From Azolla caroliniana (taxonomy: Eukaryota; Plantae; Polypodiophyta): DNA of 64,000 nt. Position numbers and translations under genes: made by a program. The stretch covers positions 6,882,001 through 6,946,000 of the forward strand of contig JBHGNT010000020.1 in assembly GCA_043228905.1 (NCBI GenBank). The letters are read 5' to 3'. The notes under the pieces were generated by a model. That model worked only from the letters and a program-made list of their open reading frames with translations. It did not search any database and was not told the origin of the DNA. Positions 13,001 through 25,540 of the stretch are shown in pieces; position 1 is the stretch's first letter, and each line of letters starts with the position of its first letter.

Positions 13001-15233
13001 TTGCCCTCTATACTCGCCACCGTTGTCGGTTTGAACAACCTTCAACTTCTGACCCGACTCTCTTTCGGCTCTTGCCTGGAACTCCTTGAAAGACGACAAT
13101 ACTTGATCCTCCAACTTCAGTACGAAGGCCCATGTCTTCCGACTATAGTCATCAATGAACGTCACAAAGTATTGTCCACCTCAATGCGATGGAGCATCCA
13201 CATAGCACGCGTCCATGTGTACTAGTTCCAGTGGCACTTCTCTTCTCCTCAGTGGTCTTGTGTGGAATGCTGCTCTATTCTGCTTTCTGACTAAGTAGTC
13301 AACGCACTTCTCCAGGTGCACTCCCTTGACTTCTGGTAGAAGTTTCTTGTCTGCTAGCAGGTGCATTCCCTTCTCTTTCATGTGGCCTAGCCTCTTATGC
13401 CATATTTCTCCTGCCGAGTCAGCTACCACATTTACTTCCAATTTGCACAGTCGGGCATGCATCATATATAATGTGCCTTCTTTCTGTGCTCGGGCCACTA
13501 TAAGATTTCCTCAGCAGAACTTCCACTTGCCATTCCAAAAGCTACCACTATAGCCTTCGCCATCTAACCTTCCAGTCGATATCAGATTCAATCTGATATC
13601 GGGGACATGTCAAAGATCCTTCAGAGTCAGTCGACACCATGTCGACGTCGTCAAGTGGACACTTCCGATTCTAGCTATCTTGCACTCTCCACTATCACCC
13701 ATTTTCACATAACTGTGATCTCCGGCTATGTAAGTCAAGAAATACTCTCTCGACGGAGTTATGTGGAACGATGCCCCGGAATCGATCACCCAAGTGAATT
13801 CTTCACTTGCAAGATTTGCACTTGTCTGTTCACAAATGAACAACAGTTCTTCATTGCTCGTAGCAATGGCAGAAGTGTTCTTCTCATCAGGAATCTTCCT
13901 GGGTTCAACATTGTTTCCGACACCCTTGTCTTTTCTCATGTGTCGACAGTCCTTTTGGAAGTGTCCAGGTTTACCACAGTAAAAGCACACTAGCTTACCT
14001 CTAGACTTCGATCTGGCTTAGGACTTTTCTCTCCTTGGTGGACTTCTTTGTCGGTTCCTTCCTTTATCCAAATGTTGTGTTACATTCGACTCCGATTGGG
14101 ACATGACTCCCTTGTCCTTCCTCCTTGCCTCCTCATTTAGGATGCTTGTCTTTACGGTTTGTAAAGACAAGTTCTCTTCTTGACAGGAGGTGCTGAGAGT
14201 GACCAATAGGTTCTCCCAGCTATCCGGCAGTGTGCACATCAGCGGGATGGCCTGCATTGCATCATCCAGGGGAAACTTGGTTGCAGCAAGTTGATTCACA
14301 TACCCCATGAATGTGTTGATGTGTTTGACGATGCTTTCACTGTCCCTGTATTTCAGCCGTACGATCTTTTTCATCAGTGAGGTTCTATTGAGCGAGTTCT
14401 TCCTCTCATATAGACCTGACAACTTCTGCCACATCTCATGTGCATTTGTGTCGTTCACTACATGTTGCAAGACACTTACGTCAACGCATTGTCAGATGGT
14501 GGCCACCGCCTTTTTGTTAAGAAGTTTCCAATCCGACTCCAACACCCCCTAGGTATATCTGCTCTGTCGACTGGCTCATACAGGTCTTTGACTATGAAAA
14601 GGTCCTCCATCTTTATCTTCCAGTCTGCATAGTTCTGTGAGTTTAGAACTATCATGCTTGGGAAGCCGCTCACACCTCCTTCCATGCTTGCACCTCAAGC
14701 TCTGATACCACTCTGTTGAGAATCAATTCGTAAAACCACAAGATCAAACGATACTGAAAATACACAACACATCCACACAACAACACAGTACACAGAGATT
14801 TACGTGGAAACCCAGGAACCGAGAGAAAACCACGGGAGAAGAAAAACTTCACTATACGGTGGTTGTCAAAGGACAGAGATTACAACACTCTGATTTTGAG
14901 TGTATCAACCACATACGGTTCTTGGTGTCTGTTGTTACGCGCATAGCTATGGCGTCGTTCTCTCTTTCCTTCTCTCTCTCTCTCTCTTGCACATAGCCGA
15001 CACTAACGTCTATTTGCCCTAAACATTTATATCTACAGATACATCATATATATCTATTTACAATTGTAGCCACTGCTACATATCATTGATTATTATGATT
15101 ACTAAAATAATAATAATAATAATCATCTGTTCAAACAATCGACTCCCTGTGTCGACTCTTCGACTCTCGGCTATCGGTTGTAGGCTACTTCCGAACAATC
15201 GGTTCCTCCCACTGGAGGGACATATTCCCAACA
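10082..15233 (-). mobile_element. Ty1/copia element D, full length (5152 bp) but decayed, nested antisense in B
   Basis: TSD AGTAC at 10077-10081 and 15234-15238. 5' LTR 14714-15233, 3' LTR 10082-10596. PBS 14698-14710, PPT ~10597-10612. Gag from 14685, knuckle CFYCGKPGHFQKDC, protease WVIDSGAS, integrase 12773-13165, RT LLLYVDDML, RNase H 10634-11251. Confidence 0.96.
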
Positions 15234-17902
15234 AGTACTTTGTGACGTTCATAGACGACCACATCCGGAAGCTATGGTTCTCACCGTTGAAGATGAAGGA
15301 TCAGGAGTTGTCCATCGTCAAGGAATTCCACGCGAGGGTGGAAAGGAAAATCGGCCAGAAGCTGAAGGCGGTTCGAGTGGACAACGAAGGAGAATAACGG
15401 GGGCAGTTCGAGGAGTACTGCTAGTCGAAGGGAATCCAGCTTGAATTTACCGTGCCGAAGACGCCGAAGCTAAATGGATTTGCCGAAATGATGAACCCGA
15501 CCATGATGGAGAGAGTCTGGAGCTAAGCTGCCCAAGATGTTTTGGGTTGAGGCGCTAATGACAACGACATACATGATAAATAGATCACCCTCAACGCCCT
15601 TGGAAGGAGAAAGTATGGACCGGTAAAGGCGTGTCTTACCATCATCTAAAGGTGTTCGGATGTCTCGCTTACGTGCATGTTGCAAAGGACAAGAGAGAAA
15701 AGTTGGATCCAAAGTCCCGACCATGCATATTCCTTGGATATGGCGATGATGATTTCGGCAACCGAGTGTGGGACTTGGTCGACAAGAAGGTCTTCTAGAG
15801 TCGAGACATAGTCTTCATGGAAGACAAGAACATTGCCGACTGGGAGTTGGAGAAGAAAAGAATGCACTCTGGGTCGACCGACAGAGATCGGTTGGAAGAT
15901 GTTAGGACACATCCGGTTGGAAGCCGGATGTCAGACGAGGACCATGATGAACCGGGCGGATTCAGACAAGAAACTGAACCGATCGAAGAAGAAGAATGGA
16001 TACCGGAACTGGACAAGACCCCGAATCAGATTCGGATGAAGAACAAACGGAGGAACCAGTGGCCGATGACCAAGGAAGAAGATATCCTCTCAAGGAGAGA
16101 AGAGCCCCCCAGAGATTTCCAGATGCAGAGCATGTGTTGTTGACCGATGAGGGGGAACCGGAAAGGTTCGAAGAAGCAAAGAAAGACACCCACAGAAGCA
16201 AGTGGTTAAGTGTCATGCAAGATGAGATGGATTCCCTACATGAGAACCACACATATGAACTGCCGAAGGGAAAGAGAGAGCTCTGGAACAAGTGGGTGTA
16301 CAAGCTCAAACCAAGAGACGCCAGAAATCCACCTAGGTACAAAGCCCATATTGTGGTGAAGGGCTTCCACCAGAAGAAAGGAGTGGATTTTGAGTGAGAT
16401 CTTTGCCCCAGTAGTGAAGATGACATCCATCCGGATGGTGTTGAGAATAACGGCAATCATGAACCCCGAGGTAGAGAAACTAGACGTCAAGACGACGTTC
16501 CTACATGGTGACCTCGAAGAAGAGATCTACATGCAACAGCTAGAAGGATTTGTCAAGAAAGGGAAGGAGCACCTGGTGTGCCGGTTGAAGAAGAGCTTAT
16601 ACGAACTGAAGCAAGCTCCTTGGCAATGGTACTGGAAGTTCGACTACTTCATTACCAACCAAGGATACCACAAGACATAGGCCAACCACTACGTATTTGT
16701 GAAGAAGTTAAATAGAGTAGACTTCCCAATACTCCCGCTATATGTGGATCACATGTTGATCGTCAGACCGAACCGAACCAAAATTAGGAATCTGAAGAAG
16801 GCCTTGAATCAGACCTTCTCAATGAATGTTTTGGGTCCAACCGAGACACATATTGGGGATGCACATAGTCTGGGACTGGACAAAGAAGCTATTGTGGTTG
16901 TCACATGAGAAGTACGTGACGAAGGTGCTCCAACGGTTCAACATAATGGATGCAAAGCTGGTCAGGTCAACACTTCCCGCAAATTGCAAGATGTCCGAGA
17001 AGCACAGTCCGAAGAAAAAGACGGAGAAGTTGGAGATGATGAAGGTACCATATGCCTCCGTCGTCGAAAGCCTGATGTACGCAATGGTGTGTACCTGGCT
17101 GAATATCGGATATGCAGTCAGAGTGGTCAACCACTTCATGAGCAATCCAACAAGAGAACACTAGACCGGAGTCAAGTGGATACTCCGGTACTTGAAAGGT
17201 ACCTTGAGTATGTGCCTCTGATTTGGCTCAAGAAAACCCCAACTCGAAGGATTCATGGATTCAGATATGTCAGCTGATGCGGATACCAACCGGTCTACAT
17301 CCGGATATGTCATGACTTATGCAAGGGGTGTGGTATTGTGGCACTCAAGGCTGCAGAAGTTCATTGCACTACCGACAATAGAAGCAGAGTATATGGCAAT
17401 TGTGGAAGTCGGCAAAGAAGTAATCTGGATTAAGGACTTCATTGGAGAGCTCGGGATCGAGTAGGAGGAATTCCGACTCTACTGCGACAGTCAAAGTGTC
17501 ATCCACCTAACGAAGAACGCAGCCTACCACTCTCAGACGAAGCACATCTAGAGGAGATATCACTGGCTCCGGGAGAAGGTAGAAGATAAAGAGTTCTTGC
17601 TAACGAAGATCCATACGTAGGAGGACTGGTCGGACATGCTGACCAAGGTGTTGTCAGCCAAAAAGCTGGACGTGTGCAAGAGATGAATCGGATTGACAAG
17701 ACATCCCATGCCGGAGTGAAGGGTGAGTTTGTTCAGAATTCAGTCCCTCTGAATGGGATCCAGACCAGATGGATCCAAAAGGTATCCGGCTGGATCCGGT
17801 GTGAACCGGATACAAGGACATATCTGTAAATATGTTTCTATTGTGCTTGTCATGGCCACATTTGTAAATGGTCCTAAACTCATATAAGTATAAATATGAC
17901 TT

Positions 17903-18836
17903 GAGACAAGAAGAAGAAAGGAGCCGAGTCAACAAAGGAAGTTGACACATCTGAACATGTCGGAACAAGCGGTAGCAGCGGCAGAGTCAAGAAGGACAGA
18001 GCCGACCGGAAGAAGAAGGCCAAGACCCGGACATGGTTCGATGTGGTGAAGGGCCTGGAACCGGAAGACGAATCGGGAGCGACCGATTCGGACATGAGCT
18101 GGAATGAATCGGAGACAGCCGATTCAGTTCAACAGACGGATTCGGAAGAACCAAATCAATTCAAGGCCAAGAGGACGAGAAGGCATCGAAAGTCGACGCC
18201 AACAGGAAGGAATCGGCGAATTAGCAAGCGCCGAGGTCACAGCAGCAAGGGAACTGAATTGGGCTTATTGAGCAGACAAGCCGACCGAGGAGGTCGAGGT
18301 GTGCAGAATCAGAAGGGTCGCGGCAAATGGGACCGGACCAGACGAGGAGCGCGAGCGAGGCGGAGTGACGCTAGAAGGAACCGGATGGAAGGACCGGCTT
18401 CCATGGAGACTGACACTACGATACGACCTCAAGTTGAGCTTGAGGGGGAGTGTTGAGCGGCAAGCTCAACCGGATCTGGATCGGCATCCAGAAGGATGAG
18501 CCGGTGAGCTGGGGAGCCAATTAGCCGGATCAAGCAGTAACCGGAAGCCTAGTAGCAGCCTAGACTACTAGGTAGTTAATGTCTCGTAGTTAGTGTCAGA
18601 CGCTCGTGTGAGCATTGAAGTATACTGTACTTTTGTCAGTCCTCTTAGGACTTGTATAAATAGTGTTGTTGAGCACGTTGTATGTACAAAGAATTTTACA
18701 GAGTTGTTGATAATAGATTTAAGTTGTTCTGCTTTTTCTCTATCTCTCCTTCATACCTTCGATGTGTTAATCTCTCTCTCTTTGTTGCTATCCGGCTAAG
18801 CCGGTTGACTAACACTTCTGCACCTTCGTTTTCACA
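17903..18836 (+). mobile_element. 3' fragment of copia E (F-related): 3' extension, PPT and 3' LTR
   Basis: 17903-18450 aligns by eye with 23865-24410 of element F. PPT TTGAGGGGGAG 18440-18450. LTR from 18451 (TGTTGAGCGG) to ~18836 (TTCACA); the right end is approximate. Confidence 0.85.
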
Positions 18837-18859
18837 ATTTATTAATATAATTGTGTGTT

Positions 18860-21800
18860 TTCACTAGAAAGTGTGAGACAGAGACATTCTATTATCGTCT
18901 TCGGAGGTTAGATGTGACCTATGAGACCAAAAATATTACATTTCACGTAAATACATGTGAAAGTGAGTAGCGACTCTCGATGTTCAAGCATATTACTATT
19001 GAGCAGACAAGCTCAACCGGATCTGGATCAGCTGAATAAGCCATAGCCGGATCGGAGTCCAGAACGAAGAGCCAGATCGGTATCCGGATGGTATACGGAA
19101 CCAAGAGCCGGATTAGAGAGACGGATCAGACTATAACCGGTAGGCCATTAGAGGCCTACGAATCTAGCCTAGTACATAGGCAAATTCCTTGGAGTCAGTG
19201 TCAGTTACTCGTATGAGCATTGAAGTACTTGTTAGTACTTCTGTCAGTCCGTATAAGGACTTGTATAAAAGTGCTCTCTGAGCACATTCTATGGACAGAG
19301 TGTTACATAGTGTTATTATTTTGAATAGAGCTTATGCTTTCTGCTCTCTCTGTCTCTCCTGTGTATTCTTTGTTCCTACGCTTCCATTAAACCTTTAATC
19401 TCTGTTTTTTGGATAAACCGATTTGTCAAAGCTTCAACATATTAACTTTGACATGGTATCAGAGTGCAAGGGTTGAGAACCTCCGCAGTCGACGAGCGAT
19501 TACTAAAGACAAATCCTAATAACTGGTAAAGAGTGAAAGATGGACAGAGGTATGTCAAGCTCGCTTCCGACAGAGAAGCTTGACAGACACAACTATGCAT
19601 CCTAGTCATACAAGATGCATTAGTATCTGCTCGGAAATGGATACTGGAGTTATGTTGAGGGTGCAAATGAAACAGCGTCGGAGTCGTCACATAAGGTGTT
19701 TCCGGCATGGGAACAAGGAACAAGCAGAGTTCTATAATGCCTTGCATCCTCCGTGCACAACTAGATGATCGACTACATTAGAGATGCTAAGACGCCGAAA
19801 TAGGCCTAGGAAATCTGAAAAAGATTTTCACCACAAGTATGTCAGCCCGGAAGCTACAGCTTCGACAAGAACTGAACAATGTTTGACAAAAGACTTGTCA
19901 GTTTCAGACTACACTGCAAAGATAAAGGAGATTTGCGATGCACTAGGGTCCATTGACGTCATGATAGACGAGGATGAAATGGTTCAAATCTACCTAGATG
20001 GTCTGGCTCAAAGGTACGGGCCCATCCGAATCGCTATTCTCACTTGGGAGAAACCACCGTCCTTCTTCGACTTGCAATCAATGCTTATGGTCAAAGAAAA
20101 CCACGCAAGTGGATCAAGGACCACTCAATCGGGTGGCTGGATGTTGTACACGGAGGCGGATCGGCCCCGTGGGCGTGGGGGACGAAGTGGGTCGGCCCGC
20201 AATGCAGGTGGCCGACAAGAGCAGAATCGGAGGCACAAAGATAGTGTCGATAGTAGTTCCAAACCCTCCACTAGTAGGGGGGGTCAAAGCGGCGTGGGAA
20301 ACCGGCAAGGGAAAACCGACACGGAATATTGGTACACTGGCAAGATAGGCCATCGGGAAAGCGAGTGTTGGAAGAAGCACGCCAATTCGGATAAATCGGG
20401 ATCCAACAAGACCAAACAAGGGAGTCGGCAAAGTTAGCACTACACAGAAGGATCAGAAGGATTCGAAACCGGAAAGACCGGAAAAGGGACAACCTTTGTG
20501 ATGAAGTACAAGGCGAACTCGATGAAGAAGACCACTTCCGAATCGAAGGAAGTATAGTATCTTGACTCTGGAGCATCAAACCACATGATGAGCCATGAAG
20601 AGTGATTCTCGTTTTTGGAAAAGCCGAAGCAACAAGGAGTTGTTGAAACCGGAGACAACACTCCTCACCCGATTGTGCATGTCAGAGAAGTCTCGTTAAG
20701 CCACATCGGACAAAAGGCTAAGCTAATGAACTTACTACATGTTCTGACAATCACAAAGAACCTGGTGTCGGTCGGGAAGATCGTCGACCAGGGGATGTAG
20801 GTGCAGTTTACGCACCTCGGGTGCTTCATCAAAGAAGAAGGCCGGATATGTGCGCAAGGGCGTCGGGAAGGGAGGATGTTTATCCTTGACACCAACAACG
20901 TCGGCACCACTTTGTTCACAAAGGGTCAGAAGATCGAGCTGGATATCGATCTGTGGCACAAGCGGATCAGCCACGTCAATTAGCAGAGGCTTCAAGACCC
21001 GCAATCGAAACAAGTTGTTTTTGGATTGCCAAAATTCAGTGGCCGGAAGGCCCATATTTGAGAAGCTTGCTAGCTTTGGAAGCAACACTGGCTTCCGTTC
21101 CCCACAGAAAGAAACCCGAGCCATAACAAGCTCGATCTAATACATTCAGATGTATGGGAACTGGCACAGAACATTAATCTTGGTGGGAGTTGATATTTCG
21201 TCTCCTTCATCGACGACTACAGTCCGCACACGTGGATCTACCTAATCGAAAGGAAAAGCGAAGTTTTCGACTATTTCCGGAACTTGCAAATTCTTGTAGA
21301 ACGGGAAACAGAGAGGAAGATCAAGTGTTTGTGGTCGGATGGCAAAAAAGAATATTTTTCCGGCCAATTCAACAATTATCTGCATTAGAAAGGAATTCGG
21401 AGGGAATTCAGCTGGAACAAAATGGTGTGGCCGGAAGGAAGAACCGGTCAATTGTGGAGGCGGTTCTATTGTGCCGAAGCGGTCCGGACGGCCATCTACA
21501 TCCAAAACCGGATCAGGGATAAGGTGTCAAGCCATGAGCTGTACTTCGGGCGAAAGCCGAATTTAAGGCACCTTAAGATATTTGGTAACATTGCATATGT
21601 GCATGTGTCGGATGAGAAGCGGAGATAGCTAGACCCGAAGTTGGAGAAATGTATCTTTATCGACAACTCACATGAGCAAAAGGGTTATAAGTGCTATAAC
21701 CCCCGAACAAAACAAGTTCGCGTGAGCCGAGATGTCGAATTTGATGAGTCAGCATCATGGTACTCTCTATCGGCTCTGATGTTCGACTTCGACCCGATTC

Positions 21801-24800
21801 TAGAGGATGAGGCCAGTGAGCCCGAAATGATCCGGGCAGAAGATGAAGAAGGATTTGGTACTCTATATGAGAGTCTGATTTCATTCCGGCTAAGTGGGCT
21901 GCATGAGTGACTGAGTCGAAATGACCAGTCCGATGAAGAGCAGGCAAGTAGTGGAGACTCGGCCATGCTCTTCTCGTGTAAGGAACCAAGGAGATGGTTT
22001 ACACACAAGGAAAAGGGGAAGAATAAGAATATGTTGGAGTGTGATACCGGCAGAGACGAGTCAGAACAGAGTGAATCCAACTCCAGAAAAGAACGAGGAT
22101 GGACCTTCATAAACGAAGTCCACACCGGCCAAGAGGGCCCTCAAATCGGCTAACGAGAAGTTATGCCAATCTACCCGCCTGAAGAACCTTGTAAAACGGT
22201 ACGGGTACAATGAGTACATGGCGCATCATTATGCGTACATGACGAAAGTGGCGGAAGTGCATGAGTCGGAGAGCTATGCAGAAGTGGCGAAAGACGCGAA
22301 TTGGCGTTCCGCAATGGAGGAAGAAATGCAGACATTAGATGCCAACGACACATGGGACCTGGTTGACCCTCCCCGACATTGCAAACCAATCGGTTGCAAG
22401 TGGGTGTACAAAGTCAAGTATAATGCTGATGGTTCAGTCAACCGACACAAGACCCGGTTAGTGGCGAAGGGATATGCGTAGACCCACGGAATCGACTACG
22501 ATGAGACCTTCGCTTTGGTAGCGAAGATGACAATGGTCCGTGTGGTGCTGGTAGTTGTTGCGACAAGGGAATGGCATCTTCACCAAATGGATGTGAAGAA
22601 CGTCTTTCTTGAAGGTGATCTTGAAGAACAAGTCTATATGATCCAACCCCCCGGATTTCAGTCAGAGATGCACAAGTCGGCAGTGTGCCGACTCAAGAAG
22701 TCGCTTTAAGGCCTGAAGCAAGTCCCCCAAGCTTGGAATGTGAAAATGACAGACCAGTTACGTAAGATGGGGTTTGCAATCTCAAAATCCGACTCTTCAC
22801 TATTCATCTGGAAAGGTCCGGATGGTCCGGTATGTATCCTACTATATGTAGATCATCTAGTGATCACCGGGCCCAGGCACGATGAAATCGGCCGAGTGAA
22901 GTCCCAGTTGTCAGACGCATTTGAAATGAAGGACCCGGGGAACCTTCATTATTTTCTCGGGATCGAGGTGATTCATACTCTCGATGGCATATTGCTCTCA
23001 CAACGACATTATGTGTTGAATATGTTGTACAAGTTTGGCATGAAAGACTGCCCATTGATCTCCACACCCCTGGACCGGAACCTAAAGCTTCGTCCCAACT
23101 CCGGAGCCGCCTGCAACGAGACACGGTTTCGAAAAATCGTCGGAAGCCTGATATAACTCACTATCACCTGACCCGACATCAGCTATCCGGTCTGAGTGAT
23201 CAATCAATTTATGCAGAAGCCGACCGTGTAGCATCTTCAGTGCACGCACCGAATACTCCGATATGTTAGCAGCAATAAGGACAAGGATTTGTTATACTGA
23301 ACGGTATAGCTGAAAAGCTAGTCGAATAGATGCCGACTGGGCCGGAAATGTGTCAGATCAACGATCCACTTCTGGATTCACATTCTCTCTGGGCAGCGCG
23401 GCTATCGTGTGGAGCAGCAAAAAGCAGCCAACAGGGGCTCTATTGAGCACTGAGGCTAAATATCGGGGCTCTATCGTTGCCACCTGTGAAGCCATTTGGC
23501 TTTGGCGCCTGCTGCAAGACCTCTGAATCGGGGTACCGACCCCGATCCTGATCTATTGTGACAACGTAAGTAGCATACGGCTCGCTAAGAACCCCGTATT
23601 TCATGCTCGGACAAAGCACATAGAAGTACATTATCACTTTGTGCGTGAGTGGGTCCTCAGCGGTGAAGTTGAACTTCAGGATGTTCACACGGATCGACAA
23701 GTTGCCGACATCTTCACCAAGCCGCTCGGTTTAGACAAGTTGCAGCACTTTTTGGAGATGTTCGGTCTACAACATCTCAACGTGTCGCACTTGAGGGGGA
23801 GAATGGAAACAGGTAATGGCACTAAACAAGACATTGGAGAGACAGAGAGAAACAAGATAGGGGAAGACAAGAAGGAAAAGGAAGCCGAGTTGACTAAAGA
23901 AGTCGGCATATCCGAACAAGTCAGAACAAGCGGCGACGGCTACAGAGTCAAGAAGGATGGAGCCGACTGGAAGAAGAAGACTAAGACACGGACGTGGTCC
24001 AATGTCGTGAAGGGTCTAGGGATTAAGGATGAGTTGGAGACAACAAACTCGAACAAGAGCGGAACAAATCAGAGGCAGCCAATTCGATTCAATAGTTTGA
24101 TTCAGAGGAGCCAGATCTAGTAAAGGCCAAGCGGATGAGGATGTAGCGGAAGTCGATGCCGATACGGAGGAAACGACAGGTTGACAAGCACTGGAGTCGC
24201 AACAGCGAAGGAGCTAAGATGGGCCTGTTGAGCAGACAAGCCGACCGAGGAGGTCGAGGAGCACAGAACCGGACGGGTCACAGGAGGAGGAACCGGACCG
24301 GACAAGGAGCGTGAGCAATGCGGGAAGACACTAGAAGGACCATGACGAAAGAACTGGCTACCACAGATACTAACACCACAATCCGACCTCAAGTTGATCT
24401 TAAGGGGGAGTGTTGAGCGGACAAGCTCAATCGGATCTGGATTAGCTGAATAAGCTAGAGCCGGATCGGACTCCAGAACAAAGAGCCAAATCGGTATCCG
24501 GATGGTATCCAGAACCAAGAGCCGGGATCGGAGAGACGGATCGGACTGTAACCGGTAGGCCGTTAGAGGCCTATGAATCTAGTCTAGTACATAGGCAGGT
24601 TCCTTGGAGTCAATGTCAGTCACTCGTATGAGCATTGAAGTACTTGTCAGTACTTCTGTCAGTCCGTATAAGGACTTGTATAAAAGTGCTCTCTAAGCAC
24701 ATTCTATGGACAGAGTGTTATTATTTGAATAGAGCTTATGCTTTTTGCTCTCTCTACGTCTCCTGTGTATTCTCTGTTCCTAAGCTTCCATTAAACCTTT

Positions 24801-25540
24801 ATTCTCTGTTTTCTGTTACTATCCGGATAAACTGGTTTGTCAAAGCTTCCGCATATTAACATTGACAATTACCAATGAATGTTGGATTTGAGAGTGCACA
24901 TTGTGGTTGTGAGAGGAATTTGTGCAAGGTTTGGGTTTGGTCGAAGATGTGTGGAAAGCACGGTTGAATATGATCATTGTATCCAAGTGTGATACTCAAA
25001 CTCTCAAATTTGTTTAGGGCAAACTGTGCATAGTCAACCACTCTCATCACTTGTGCCCCAACATAACATCTCACATCGCAATGCATGTGAGCTAAATCAC
25101 ATGGAAGCAATTGTATGAATGGTAGAGAAGGTATTGATGTGTATGATTTCCCCGTTTTGTGAAGAATATGGTTTTGTAGTTAGGTGCAACATGTTTAGTA
25201 TAATATGTGTGAAGCGTGGGCCTCCAATTTGTCTCATGTTACGATACATTGATGTTGCAAAAAGGTCTCATTTACAAAGGAATCTAGTGATGCATCATGA
25301 AGCAAGTGTGCGGCATCCCATCTACCAAACCATTTTTCCATATCTTGCATCCAACCAAAACACAAAATCTTGCTTTTATGCATCTTTTAGCTTGATTCCC
25401 ATGTGACTCTTGAAAGTCGATGTGAGGGACTTTTTGAACCTTAAGCATGTATTCAATAACCCTTTCCATGGCCAATAGAGTTGGTGAGAGTGAGCATCCT
25501 TGCTTAACACCAATAGAGATCTTAAAATTTAGTTTTAGAG
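18860..25540 (-). mobile_element. Old RTEX-like LINE 3' fragment split by copia F (parts ~18860-18996 and 24868-~25540)
   Basis: RT motif IGVKQGCSLSPTL at ~25480-25520. The family 3' stem-loop GGTCTCATAGGTCA...ACCT...AAGAC lies at ~18896-18928 on minus. Flanks rejoin once F and one TSD are removed. Confidence 0.7.
18997..24867 (+). mobile_element. Ty1/copia element F, full length (5871 bp), decayed, from a different lineage than A-D
   Basis: TSD ATTAC at 18992-18996 and 24868-24872. LTRs 18997-19453 (starts TA, mutated from TG) and 24411-24867, both 457 bp. PBS TGGTATCAGAG from 19454; PPT AAGGGGGAG ending 24410. Protease LDSGASNHM, integrase FIDDYS, RT ILLYVDHL, RNase H QVADIFTKPL. Confidence 0.96.

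Larger units (their letters stand above)
3798..17902 (+). mobile_element. Ty1/copia element B, host of nested C and D; own segments 3798-5521, 9786-10081, 15234-17902
   Basis: 5' LTR 3798-4299, PBS TGGTATTAGAGC 4303-4314, then gag, knuckle, protease (WMVDSG), GAG-pre-integrase (LWHKRLCHMS), integrase (FIDDH, DNEGE), RT (LYVDH), RNase H. PPT GAGTGAAGGGTGAG at ~17714-17727. 3' LTR 17730-~17902 is truncated. The coding sequence continues across both nested insertions. Confidence 0.92.
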
